Positions 18,969 through 27,938 of a DNA stretch of 57,846 nt are shown here, in pieces; the first letter of the stretch is position 1, and each line of letters begins with the position of its first letter. Source of the stretch: a virus (lineage: Duplodnaviria; Caudoviricetes); IMG/VR virus record IMGVR_UViG_3300028837_000819, positions 1-57,846 of that record; one strand, given 5' to 3'. Both the position numbers and the translations under genes were made by a program. The notes under the pieces are model-generated. The model was not told where the DNA came from, made no database searches, and saw only the letters and a program-made list of their open reading frames with translations.

Positions 18969-20292
18969 CCAGTACATCCAGTACCTCGCGGCGATCAAGG
19001 TCTTCGTGGACAGCAAGGAGGAGTATCTCGGAAAGCACTCGCCTCACTTCGCGCCGTTCCTGTGGCAGGAGCCCACCGAGGAAGAGGAGGAGCCCACCGA
19101 GATTCCGCAGATCGAGATCGAGCTTCGCAAGCAGGGAGCCTCGTTGCCGCAGTCGACGGCCGAGCCGGGTGAGGTTGTCATCACCGGTTTCAACAAGCCT
19201 GTCTACCGTACGTCGGAGCAGCCTCAGTTCGTCATCAAGGACCCGATCACGCAGGCGACGATCTTTTACAACCCGCCGGGTGGCGTGCAGGGTCTCAAGT
19301 CCGGCGTCGAGGGCCACAAGTCCATCGCGTGGGCGGTCATGAAGGGTGAGCCGTCCACTGGCGTCGTGGCGCACCTCATGAAGCTCTTCGAGTCGGCGGC
19401 CGGTCTGAAGATGCGGCCTGCCACGAAGAAGGACGACGAGGTTCTCTACTGGTCAAAGCAGGCGGCTCTCCTCCAGAGCGGCGGCAAGGTTCACCCGAAA
19501 GCAGACGGCACCGCCGAAGTTGATCCGGCATACGCGCAGGCGATGCAGCAGTACCGGATGGGCGATGACGATGCGGCGCTGAAGGGGCTGAAGGATTTCA
19601 CGGCGAAGCAGCTTGGCGTCCCCGTCGGCCAGCTTACGAAGCAGCCGGGGTACAGCTTGAAGGGTGACTACACACGGGGGGCGGGCTGGCGCAGGCACGA
19701 GCGAATCGGATGGACCGCCTCGAAGCTCCAGAGCTTCATGGGGAAGGGCGCGACTGTCGCCCACACGGTAACCGGTGGCTCGGGCAACATGCTCAACTTC
19801 TTCCAGATGGCGATGAAGAACGGCTCGCTTCTGTCGAACAATCAGAAGCCCTTCTATGGAGTCAGTGTCAACGGATTCTCGACGGGTTCGGACTTCGACG
19901 CGGGTGGCACGCAGGGTCTCTTCTGCGTCTTCCGGAAGTTCGGGTCGGCCGGTGCGAACGTGCTGTACTTCGATATCGCTGTCTGTCTCAGAACGGATGT
20001 CTACGTCGTGGGTTCTGGTGACGCTTTCGGGAACGTCCACACCGAGCGGTACACCACACCGGAGCAGTGGAAGGGGAAGGTCGGTACGGGCCAGATCGGT
20101 GCAAGCTCGCACTTCCAGATCAACGTCCGTCATGACATTGACATTCAGAAATATCTTCTCTCGGCGGTGTGCTCGTCGGCCAGTTCTCGCGATCAGATCA
20201 GGAAGATTTGCAAAGACATGGGCTGGACGAAGTTCGCGCGCGGGCGCAGTATCGAACAGGCCATTGTCACCTCGAAGGAGGCAAAGTTCTGA
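18841..20292 (+). CDS. C-terminal part of the giant protein; possible ADP-ribosyltransferase-like domain
   Basis: Removing one duplicated copy fuses the ORFs (..LEINM-QTVGN..) into 2772 aa. VAHTVT..GSLLS..S..D..GG..LFC pattern. Confidence 0.65.
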   Translation: MQTVGNALNLSPELEKIFSQTKDPAGTYKATGEPNDAVNAMADQYIQYLAAIKVFVDSKEEYLGKHSPHFAPFLWQEPTEEEEEPTEIPQIEIELRKQGASLPQSTAEPGEVVITGFNKPVYRTSEQPQFVIKDPITQATIFYNPPGGVQGLKSGVEGHKSIAWAVMKGEPSTGVVAHLMKLFESAAGLKMRPATKKDDEVLYWSKQAALLQSGGKVHPKADGTAEVDPAYAQAMQQYRMGDDDAALKGLKDFTAKQLGVPVGQLTKQPGYSLKGDYTRGAGWRRHERIGWTASKLQSFMGKGATVAHTVTGGSGNMLNFFQMAMKNGSLLSNNQKPFYGVSVNGFSTGSDFDAGGTQGLFCVFRKFGSAGANVLYFDIAVCLRTDVYVVGSGDAFGNVHTERYTTPEQWKGKVGTGQIGASSHFQINVRHDIDIQKYLLSAVCSSASSRDQIRKICKDMGWTKFARGRSIEQAIVTSKEAKF

Positions 20293-21011
20293 TGCCGTTG
20301 ATGGACGCCATCATGCAGGGGATGGAGTTCCGGTGCGCCTACTACGGAACGCCGCAACCCATTGACCTCGTGGCGCGCGCGCCGGGCGAGACGCTTATCG
20401 CCTTCGCAGGGTGGTGGAAAGCACAATGGGACATCGGCAATGGTCTTGAGATCGTCAAGGGGAACCTCGTCGAGGCCGAGCAGGGCATCCGCTGGAAGTT
20501 CGACGAAGGTCCCGATGACACCCTCATCGCGTCGCCGAGTGATGGTGACATGCAGGCGCGGATCGACCGAACGCGCACGCTGCAGGACATCGAGCGGCCG
20601 ATTTACCTCAACGCGCTCGCGATTCTCAAAGAACAGAACCCGGACTTCGATTTCGACCCGTGGATCGAGACCTACCTAGAGCGGCCTCTATACGACCCTG
20701 TGGCGGCATATCGAAAAAAGCACTTAGGACTACGAAAAACCTCTGGACTTTTGCTTCTCAACAGGGATAATGTGGGCGTCGATGTTCTTCTCGTGGATGA
20801 GCACGGCAACGCTGCAGTTGCAGCAGCGTCGGAGTGGCTGACCGTGTTCGCCAACAGGTGGACCGAAATGGAAGACAGGCCCGATCCTCAGAGCTTCGTC
20901 GAGTGGGTCGCGACGCAGCGTCCCTACGGTCCTCATGGTCTTAGCGAACCCTTTGTGTTGGAAGCGGAAGGTCACTTGGAGGACCTCGCCGCGAGAAGAC
21001 TGAGTGAGTGA
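20292..21011 (+). CDS. Hypothetical protein translationally coupled to the giant gene
   Basis: TGATG overlap at 20290-20294; MPLMDAIMQG... Confidence 0.65.
   Translation: MPLMDAIMQGMEFRCAYYGTPQPIDLVARAPGETLIAFAGWWKAQWDIGNGLEIVKGNLVEAEQGIRWKFDEGPDDTLIASPSDGDMQARIDRTRTLQDIERPIYLNALAILKEQNPDFDFDPWIETYLERPLYDPVAAYRKKHLGLRKTSGLLLLNRDNVGVDVLLVDEHGNAAVAAASEWLTVFANRWTEMEDRPDPQSFVEWVATQRPYGPHGLSEPFVLEAEGHLEDLAARRLSE
20744..20771 (+). promoter_or_regulatory. Intragenic sigma70-like promoter TGGACT-N16-GATAAT with upstream A-tracts
   Basis: Local AT-rich patch with gaaaaaag and gaaaaac tracts ~21 bp apart, ~280 bp upstream of the head gene block. Confidence 0.45.
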
Positions 21012-21053
21012 TGGTCGTCTAGCTGGCGGCCACTTGGAAAGGAGCATTCAGTT

Positions 21054-21419
21054 ATGCCAAGGCGTCAGGCAGCAGCGGTGGATGTGTACGATTTCGGTGC
21101 CCCGGCTGCGGTGGCAACGGTCCTCGACTTCAAGGTCTTGCAGGGCGGCAAGCTCGACCTTTGCTTCGAGAACCTCGAAGCGCCGGACCTCACGGTCTCG
21201 GTCGAGGTCTCCGAGGACGGGACCACCTACGCAGCGACCACGGCGGCGGACAACCTCGCGGTTGTCACCGACGAGGTCGTGGCGGGCGGCTGCAACAAGG
21301 ACTTCACGGTCCTTGCGAGGCAGGACTTGGACAACTACGTCCGCGTCCGCGCCTTGGGCGGCACGCGTGCCAACATGCAGGTGCGCCCCGACGGCGTCCT
21401 CCAGATCAGGCAGATATAA
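21054..21419 (+). CDS. Small all-beta putative virion (decoration) protein, distant paralogue of the next two genes
   Basis: AAGGAG RBS; shared pattern EN...DL...E.S.D..G...V..GG...F.....(Y/W)(V/L)R..A. Confidence 0.55.
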   Translation: MPRRQAAAVDVYDFGAPAAVATVLDFKVLQGGKLDLCFENLEAPDLTVSVEVSEDGTTYAATTAADNLAVVTDEVVAGGCNKDFTVLARQDLDNYVRVRALGGTRANMQVRPDGVLQIRQI

Positions 21420-21422
21420 GCA

Positions 21423-21437
21423 ACAACAATTTGTTGG
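21423..21437. promoter_or_regulatory. Palindromic operator-like site, copy 2 (ACAACAATTTGTTGG)
   Basis: Intergenic, 3 bp after the stop at 21419. Confidence 0.75.
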
Positions 21438-21498
21438 TTGGATTGTGGCTCTGCCAGTCTGAGCCGCTGCCGGTCCACAGGAAGAGGAGGTCGCCACC

Positions 21499-21933
21499 AT
21501 GGGCGAGGTGAGGGAAAGCCTGCCCCGCGTGTACCAGTTCGACATCGGACTGGACCCGACGCAGCCAGCGGGGTCCGAGGACCTCGTTGGCGTCGTGAAG
21601 CGGAACGATCAGGTCTCGGCGGCGGGCTACGGCCTCGCTCCTCTCTTCGGGCTCGTCGAGAATCACGGGCCAGTCGATCTCGTCTTCGAGGTCGAGGACT
21701 CCGACGACAACGGGCAGGTCGATCCGTACGCCGTCGAGAACATGCGTATCGGTGGCGCGTCGGTTGCCAACGTCACGGTACCTCCCGGTGGCAAGGTCGT
21801 CTTCATTCTTGAGGGCGTCACGAAGCGGTGGCTCCGCTTCAACGCCACCCCCGCGCTGACAGCCGGTGGCCGCCTCACCGTCGCCTACTGGTTCGGCGAT
21901 CTTGAGACAAGGCTCGCGGTGGGAACGCCGTAA
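21499..21933 (+). CDS. Putative head decoration protein (paralogue A)
   Basis: MGEVRESLPRVYQFDIG...RLAVGTP; highly similar to the next gene. Confidence 0.6.
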   Translation: MGEVRESLPRVYQFDIGLDPTQPAGSEDLVGVVKRNDQVSAAGYGLAPLFGLVENHGPVDLVFEVEDSDDNGQVDPYAVENMRIGGASVANVTVPPGGKVVFILEGVTKRWLRFNATPALTAGGRLTVAYWFGDLETRLAVGTP

Positions 21934-21949
21934 CGAGGAGATCGCGGTC

Positions 21950-22738
21950 ATGGGCGACGTAAGAGAAAGCCTCCCACGGTCGATCCAGTTTGACATCGGG
22001 AGCGATTCGCTCAGACCGGTGGGGTCCGAGGATATCGTTGGCATCGTGAAACGGAGCGATCAGGTTGGCGACGTGGCCTACGGGATCGCGCCCATTTCTG
22101 GTCTGGTCGAGAACCACGGGGCTGCGGCGCTTACGTTCGCGTTGGAGGAGTCGCAGACCAACGGACTGGTGGACGGGCCGCCCGGAGAGCTACATGTGAA
22201 GGGTGCCGTAGTGGCCGCCACGACCGGGGCGCAGGTACTCGCCACGGACTTCGAGAACGGGGACACCATCGACGGCGTGTTGCTCGCCACAGGTGACCGT
22301 GTTCTTGTGAAGGATCAGGCGTCAGGCGTAGAGAACGGCATCTATGTGGTCAAGGCCGTGGGTGCTCCTGACCGTGCCGCTGACATGGCCGCCACCTCAG
22401 ACGCGGCCTTGGCGTACTGCTTTGTCGCCGGGGGTACCGCCAACGAGGGCACTGGTTGGGTGTGCACGACCGCCTCCCCGGCTGTGGTCGGGACTGATGC
22501 CCTCGCCTTCACGCAGTATGCGGGGGACCCCTACGTTCCCCGCAACATTCGCGTGGGCGGTGCGAGCGTGGCGAACGTCGCGGTCGAGCCGGGTGGCAAG
22601 GTCCCCTTCTCCATTGAGGGGACAACGGAGGAGTACCTCCGCTTCAACGCCACGCCGACGGTGTCGGCCAAGGGTCGTCTGACGCTTTCCTACTGGTACG
22701 GCGAGCTTGAGAGACGGCTCACGTTGGGGACGCCATAA
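21950..22738 (+). CDS. Putative head decoration protein (paralogue B) with an inserted fibre-type domain
   Basis: MGDVRESLPRSIQFDIG...RLTLGTP with a ~118-aa insert containing TIDGVLLATGDRVLVKDQASGVENGIYVV, a motif common in phage fibre proteins. Confidence 0.65.
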   Translation: MGDVRESLPRSIQFDIGSDSLRPVGSEDIVGIVKRSDQVGDVAYGIAPISGLVENHGAAALTFALEESQTNGLVDGPPGELHVKGAVVAATTGAQVLATDFENGDTIDGVLLATGDRVLVKDQASGVENGIYVVKAVGAPDRAADMAATSDAALAYCFVAGGTANEGTGWVCTTASPAVVGTDALAFTQYAGDPYVPRNIRVGGASVANVAVEPGGKVPFSIEGTTEEYLRFNATPTVSAKGRLTLSYWYGELERRLTLGTP

Positions 22739-22929
22739 TGGTGCAGGAAGCCATGACGCCGGGCGTGCTGAACGCGCTCAACAAGAACAGGAACCGTTCA
22801 ACGTGTCCCGGTTGCGGCTTCCCGCTCCCGATTTATCCCGGCCGCTATCCTGCGCACTGTCCGCAGTGTGGCGGGGACCGCGAAGCACCGGCCGAGACGC
22901 AGGAGCCAGAAGAGGACAGCGAGGAATGA
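22738..22929 (+). CDS. Small Zn-ribbon protein
   Basis: CPGCG..CPQCG; TAATG coupling. Confidence 0.6.
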   Translation: MVQEAMTPGVLNALNKNRNRSTCPGCGFPLPIYPGRYPAHCPQCGGDREAPAETQEPEEDSEE

Positions 22930-22930
22930 G

Positions 22931-23158
22931 ATGGCTCGTTCCGGATTGAAGGTGAGTCTCGATGACGAAACGCTCTACCAACTCACCAAAACCGGGATGG
23001 GCGATCTCGTCGAGCAGATCGAAGGGAAGTTCTCAGGCGTGAAGCTGAGATGCCGAGCGACGAAGTGCAAGTTCAACGAGGATGGGAAGTGCGGACTCCC
23101 GGCCGAGCGCATACAGATGAATAGCTCGTGGGAGTGCGACAACTTCGCGAGGGAGTAA
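22931..23158 (+). CDS. Small Cys-rich protein (DUF1540-like)
   Basis: C-RATK-C-KFN-EDGK-C...I......C-DNF pattern. Confidence 0.6.
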   Translation: MARSGLKVSLDDETLYQLTKTGMGDLVEQIEGKFSGVKLRCRATKCKFNEDGKCGLPAERIQMNSSWECDNFARE

Positions 23159-23160
23159 CG

Positions 23161-23565
23161 GTGGCGAAGAAGGATGGAAAGCTGAGGTCCTCGCGGTCGT
23201 CGAGACCGAAGGCACCGCTTCCAGAGTCGCTGCCCGGCGACTTCTTCCTCATGGAGTACGACCGATCCCGTGGGCGCTACATCCTCCACCTTGATAACGA
23301 CGACGAGGAGAGCTTCGATCTCGGCTCGGACGTACAGGAGATGATGCGGCAGTTCGAGCGTTGGGGCCGGTACTCGATAGGGTGCGAGGCCATCGACCGC
23401 GCGCGGGAGTTCGGACTTGCTCAGGCGATTCCCGGAGAGACCGCGCGCGACGACCGAGTAATCGCCCTGCACGACCGGCCCGGCAAAGGCCGTGAGTTGA
23501 TGTTCAGGGACGGCAAGGAGAAGAGACATGGGGACCTCCCAAGGCTCACCAGAGCTTCTATGTGA
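23161..23565 (+). CDS. Hypothetical protein
   Basis: GGGAG RBS before GTG 23161; fills the gap between neighbours. Confidence 0.6.
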   Translation: MAKKDGKLRSSRSSRPKAPLPESLPGDFFLMEYDRSRGRYILHLDNDDEESFDLGSDVQEMMRQFERWGRYSIGCEAIDRAREFGLAQAIPGETARDDRVIALHDRPGKGRELMFRDGKEKRHGDLPRLTRASM

Positions 23566-23584
23566 GGGCGCTCTCGGCGCTTTC

Positions 23585-25138
23585 ATGCCCGAGGTGGCCT
23601 ACGTCCGTCAGGACGATAAGGTCCTCTTCCTCCTCGGAGAGCAGGCTCTAACGGAGTCTCTGGATGACGGTGCCAACATCGTCGAGTCGATGGATGACCT
23701 CGAACTCGAAGAGCGCGAGATCGGCGGCAAGAAGGTCAAGTACCCGAAGAACTCGCAGTGGTTCGTCGAGGGTCCCTTCCAGCGTTCCGACGTGAAGAAC
23801 GCCAACAACCGCATCTACGCCCGCAAGATATGGGAACGCCTCGTCGGCGACGCCAAGAGCGCCACGATGAAGATGGTCACGGACCGCGCGATGATCGGGC
23901 ACCTTGAGCATCCGAAGGACGGCCGGACCGACGGCAAGGAGGGCGCACTCGTCACGACCAGCCTCAAGCTCAAGGAAGACGGCGTGGTGTGGGGGAAGGC
24001 CGAACTTCTGGACACGCCGAACGGTCTCATCTTGCAGGAGTACACGCGGAAGAAGATCAAGTGGGGTGTCTCCTCTCGCGGCAACGGCACCGTGAAGGAT
24101 GACGGCCACGTGAACGAGAACGACTACACGCTCGAAGCGTTTGACGGTGTGATGCGCCCCTCGACGCCGGGTGCGCATCCCAAGCCCGTCACGAGCAGCG
24201 AATCGGAGGAGCCCACGGGCGCGGCTCCTCCTGTTGTGGAGGATGACATCAACCCCGAGCAGGGTGCGGGGACCCCTTCCGAGGAGGAGGAACTCACGGA
24301 GGACGCGCAGGCGACGGTGGATCGCGTGACTTCTCTCGTGGAGACCGACCTCGAAGACCTCGACGAAGGTGCGTCTGCCAAGCTGACTGGCGAGATTCTG
24401 GCGAATTTGGGGACCTTGATCGACCTCGCAAAGGAGGGCAAGCTCAAGGCTGAGCGCGCCTACACCATGCAGGGTTGGTTGACGGATCGCCTGAAGGCGC
24501 TGCAGGAGTCGCAGGGTGTCAGTGCGGAGACCATCATCGAACGGGCCATCGAGGGCGTCGACACGGAGGAGGACGAGGAGAAAGCCGCCGCCTTCCGCAA
24601 GGTCGTGGAGTCCTTCCAGTCGCAGATTTCGAGCCTCACAGAGGACCTCGAAACTGCGACGTCCGAGGTCGAGACGCTGGAGGGCAAGCTGGCCGACGCC
24701 GAGATCGCTGTCAGCCTCATCACCACTGAGCGTGATGAGCTACTGCAGACGGTCGAGACGAAGGACCGGCAGCTTGCCGTCGCTCTGGCCTCGATCAGTT
24801 CGGAGTCCGAGGAGGAGGTAAAGGACCCTGTTGAGGCGGCAGTGGCAGAGGCGATCCTGAAGAAGCCCGGTCTCTCCGAGTTCCGCGACGTGCTCATGCG
24901 CGCCGAGGACGATGAGGAGGTCGAGCGGCTCGTCGAGAGTCTGCTACCCGCCATCCCAACCTCCGAGCCAATCGTCGAAGACGATCCGCCCGGAGTTTCA
25001 CCGAAGTCTCGCCGAGCGCTCCCGCGTGGAGATGTAATCTCCGAGGTGAAGGGCGGAAAGCCCAAGCCTGCAGTGAGCGAGAGCAGGGGGGCGAGAGTTG
25101 CGGGTAAAGCGTTGTCAAACATGAAGGGTGGGGAATAA
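23585..25138 (+). CDS. Prohead protease (T4 gp21-like) fused to an acidic coiled-coil scaffold-like region
   Basis: EGPFQRSDVKNANNRIY, IGHLEHP, GKAELLDTPNG and GVSSRGNG motifs; ~320-aa acidic helical extension; directly upstream of the capsid gene. Confidence 0.9.
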   Translation: MPEVAYVRQDDKVLFLLGEQALTESLDDGANIVESMDDLELEEREIGGKKVKYPKNSQWFVEGPFQRSDVKNANNRIYARKIWERLVGDAKSATMKMVTDRAMIGHLEHPKDGRTDGKEGALVTTSLKLKEDGVVWGKAELLDTPNGLILQEYTRKKIKWGVSSRGNGTVKDDGHVNENDYTLEAFDGVMRPSTPGAHPKPVTSSESEEPTGAAPPVVEDDINPEQGAGTPSEEEELTEDAQATVDRVTSLVETDLEDLDEGASAKLTGEILANLGTLIDLAKEGKLKAERAYTMQGWLTDRLKALQESQGVSAETIIERAIEGVDTEEDEEKAAAFRKVVESFQSQISSLTEDLETATSEVETLEGKLADAEIAVSLITTERDELLQTVETKDRQLAVALASISSESEEEVKDPVEAAVAEAILKKPGLSEFRDVLMRAEDDEEVERLVESLLPAIPTSEPIVEDDPPGVSPKSRRALPRGDVISEVKGGKPKPAVSESRGARVAGKALSNMKGGE

Positions 25139-25164
25139 CTCCCCCCCAAGAAAGGAACAGTAAA

Positions 25165-26655
25165 GTGCCGGGACACATACTCAGCGAACAGGGCCTCTAC
25201 GAGGGCCTGATCGAGGCAGGTCTCCGCCTCGCAGCCATCCCCGAGTCCGAGGGCGGCTGGAAGGAGTATTTCGAGGAGTCCGACGGAGCGGACCTTCGGA
25301 TACAGGACGACATTCTCCGCGCGCAGACTGCCCTGATGCTGGAGAACGCCAAGCGCTGGCTCGCACAGAAGTGCAAGGCGCGTCGCAACAGCGAGGGCAG
25401 GCTGGTGATCGACGAGGTGACCCGCTCCGCGCTGGTCGGCGGCTGGTCGGACTACCTCTTCCCGATCATCAGGGCGTCGTTCCCCACCAACCCGATCAAC
25501 GATCTGGTGTCGGTCCAGCCCACCAACCGCCGCACCGCGACGGTGGTGTACTGGAACTGGATCGTTGCCACGCAGAAGGGCTCGTACTATCCGGGCCAGA
25601 GGCTTCAGGACGCGAACAAGGGTCGCGTCGACGCCGGATACCACTTCTCCGACGAGTGGGTCATGGGCGAGGTCGTCGGGGTCGGCACAGGCGCATCGCC
25701 CACCATCGCCGGGACGCTTGCGTTCCACGATGGCGGCGGCGTCCGTCCGGGCACCGTTGCGGTAACCGCCGTGGTCGCGGCCACGCCGGAGACGGTGTAC
25801 GACGACGGGAACGGCGGCTTCACGGGTGGTGTCGTTGGCACCATCAACTACGTGAGCGGCGCGTTCAGCATCACGTTCAGCGGCAACGTTGACGCAGCGG
25901 CCAACGTGGTCGGCAACTACAAGTGGGACTCCGAGGGCGGCGCACTGCCCGAGGTCGACGTCCAGATCATCTCCAGCACCGTCGAGACGCAGCGGCGCGG
26001 GCTGAAGGTCAACTACTCGATGGAGGCCATGCAGGACATCATGGCCGAGTTCGGCGTCTCGCTTGAGGGCAACCTCGTCAGCGGCGCGGCCGAGCAGATC
26101 AACTTCGAGATAGCCCGTCAGCTTATCGCCGAGATGTGGGCCGTGGCTCCGGTCAACAGCACGTTCCCCACGACTCTCGCCGGTACGCCGGGTTACAACC
26201 AGCAGGACCACTTCAAGGACCTGTCCTACAACCTCAACGCGGCAAGCAACTCGATATGGGCGGCCACGCAGAAGGGGTACGGCAACTGGCTCGTCATCGA
26301 CGAGTTGGCCTCCAACGTCGTCGAGTCACTCCCGGCGGGCATGTTCGTCGGCGCACCGCGTCCGGCCAACGTGCAGGGGCTCCACTTCGTCGGCACGCTG
26401 CTCAACAAGTACCGGGTCTACAAGGACATCCACCTCACGGGGCTTCCGGGCTCCAGCGCCAACGGCAACATGCTGATGGGGTACAAGGGGCGGCAGTTCT
26501 ACGAGGCCGGGCTGGTGTGGGCTCCGTACCAGTTGCTTTACACCACGGAGTCGCTGCAGACGGCGGACTTCCTGACGCAGAAGGGAATGGCGTCAAGGTA
26601 CGCGACCAAGATGGTCAACAACGAGATGTACGTCCGCGTCAACCTCGGCCCGTAA
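25165..26655 (+). CDS. Major capsid protein (T4 gp23-like)
   Basis: DLVSVQP, RRGLKVNYSMEAMQD, EQINFEI, GYGNWLV, FVGTL..KYRVY.D, MGYKG..EAGLVWAPY, GMASRYA motifs. Confidence 0.93.
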   Translation: MPGHILSEQGLYEGLIEAGLRLAAIPESEGGWKEYFEESDGADLRIQDDILRAQTALMLENAKRWLAQKCKARRNSEGRLVIDEVTRSALVGGWSDYLFPIIRASFPTNPINDLVSVQPTNRRTATVVYWNWIVATQKGSYYPGQRLQDANKGRVDAGYHFSDEWVMGEVVGVGTGASPTIAGTLAFHDGGGVRPGTVAVTAVVAATPETVYDDGNGGFTGGVVGTINYVSGAFSITFSGNVDAAANVVGNYKWDSEGGALPEVDVQIISSTVETQRRGLKVNYSMEAMQDIMAEFGVSLEGNLVSGAAEQINFEIARQLIAEMWAVAPVNSTFPTTLAGTPGYNQQDHFKDLSYNLNAASNSIWAATQKGYGNWLVIDELASNVVESLPAGMFVGAPRPANVQGLHFVGTLLNKYRVYKDIHLTGLPGSSANGNMLMGYKGRQFYEAGLVWAPYQLLYTTESLQTADFLTQKGMASRYATKMVNNEMYVRVNLGP

Positions 26656-26668
26656 CCGAGCCGTTGAT

Positions 26669-26709
26669 CGTTGCGAGGGAGGGGGGCTGGTGCTCCCCTC
26701 CCTCCAACG
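26669..26709 (+). terminator. Strong GC-rich stem-loop after the capsid gene (terminator or mRNA stabiliser)
   Basis: cgttg-c-gagggagggg..cccctccctc-caacg inverted repeat; no U-tract. Confidence 0.5.
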
Positions 26710-26738
26710 CTTAGGTCCCGAACGGGAGGAACGGTAAG

Positions 26739-27104
26739 ATGGCAAAGAAGACGGGCGCGAAGCCCAAGTTCGTGAACATGCAGAAGAGCCCGACGATGGT
26801 CCACGGCGAGGACGGCCGCACGGTACGCGTCCACCCGTTCGACCGTCGCAACGAGGCGCAGGACGGTGCGGTCTACGTCGTCGAGGGCGAGCACTTCGAG
26901 CAGTTCGTCAGCCCGCAGGGTCCCCTCTATCCCTTTCCCGTCAAAGCCCTCAAGGCTGCGGAGGATAAGGCAAAGGCTCTCGCGGAGCAGAACGCTGCGG
27001 CTGCTGCTGAGGCTGCTGGCGTGGCTCCTGACGCTGCCGCGAAGGGTGGCAAGGGCAAGAAGGCGAAGAAGGGCAAGAAGGCAAAGCCCAAGCCCAAGTC
27101 CTGA
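26739..27104 (+). CDS. Hypothetical protein with Ala/Lys-rich C-terminal tail
   Basis: GGGAGG RBS; ends KGGKGKKAKKGKKAKPKPKS. Confidence 0.7.
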   Translation: MAKKTGAKPKFVNMQKSPTMVHGEDGRTVRVHPFDRRNEAQDGAVYVVEGEHFEQFVSPQGPLYPFPVKALKAAEDKAKALAEQNAAAAAEAAGVAPDAAAKGGKGKKAKKGKKAKPKPKS

Positions 27105-27150
27105 CGGGCGGTCGCTCTACTATGTAAGGCGTTCCCGTCAATGACGGGGG

Positions 27151-27909
27151 GTGACCGTGCCGAATGAGATGACCGTCGCCTTGGTGCGTGAGGAGATCGA
27201 GACACGCCTCGGCATTTCGGGCGTGGCCGTCGAACTCTGCGACCGGGACTTCGCAAGCGTCCTCACGGAGGCCGTCCGGCAGATCAACCGGAACGTGCCT
27301 CCGCGCGGTCGTGACACGTTGCCTGTCACCACGGCCGTGAAGAAGTACCGCGTCGACGACAGGGTGCTACCCAAGAAGATCATCGGCGTCGTCAACGTGG
27401 AGTTCGTGGACCCGGCGCTTGTCTCGCAGAGCATTGATCCCTTTGATCCTTGGTGGACACTCGGCGGTGGCATCAGCATCGGTGGGGGCACGATAGCCGA
27501 GTATCAGCAACGGCTCCAGTACATGGAGCAGGCGCGCGAGGTGACCGGGAGCGACGCGTCGTACCAGCAATCTTGGGAGGGCGCGGAGCTTTACCTGTAC
27601 GTCGATATCCGCCGGGCGCTCCAGTGCTCCTACGAGTACACGTGGAGGATCACGCCGGACGATGATGCGGACACAGGTATTCCCCTTCTTCCGGATACGA
27701 TGATCGACTGGCTCCTCGATTATGCGACCGCGCGCGCGAAGGTGATACTGGTCCGGATCAGGAACAAGTTTACTGGCGTCCCGATGCCGGACGGCTCCGT
27801 GAGCGAGACTGACGCGAACACGATCCTTGAGGAGGGCCGGACGGACATCAAGGAGCTACTGGACTTGCTGAAGAAGCGGCGACGTCCACTTCCGCCGGTC
27901 TTTGGGTAG
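27151..27909 (+). CDS. Neck/head-tail adaptor protein (T4 gp13-like)
   Basis: RLG...VAVEL.D N-terminus; WLLDYATARAK.IL..IR.KF.G..MP.G C-terminus; position after the capsid gene. Confidence 0.8.
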   Translation: MTVPNEMTVALVREEIETRLGISGVAVELCDRDFASVLTEAVRQINRNVPPRGRDTLPVTTAVKKYRVDDRVLPKKIIGVVNVEFVDPALVSQSIDPFDPWWTLGGGISIGGGTIAEYQQRLQYMEQAREVTGSDASYQQSWEGAELYLYVDIRRALQCSYEYTWRITPDDDADTGIPLLPDTMIDWLLDYATARAKVILVRIRNKFTGVPMPDGSVSETDANTILEEGRTDIKELLDLLKKRRRPLPPVFG

Positions 27910-27911
27910 GA

Positions 27912-27926
27912 ACAACAAATTGTTGG
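27912..27926. promoter_or_regulatory. Palindromic operator-like site, copy 3 (ACAACAAATTGTTGG)
   Basis: Occupies half of a 29-bp intergenic gap. Confidence 0.75.
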
Positions 27927-27938
27927 TCGGGATACGGG

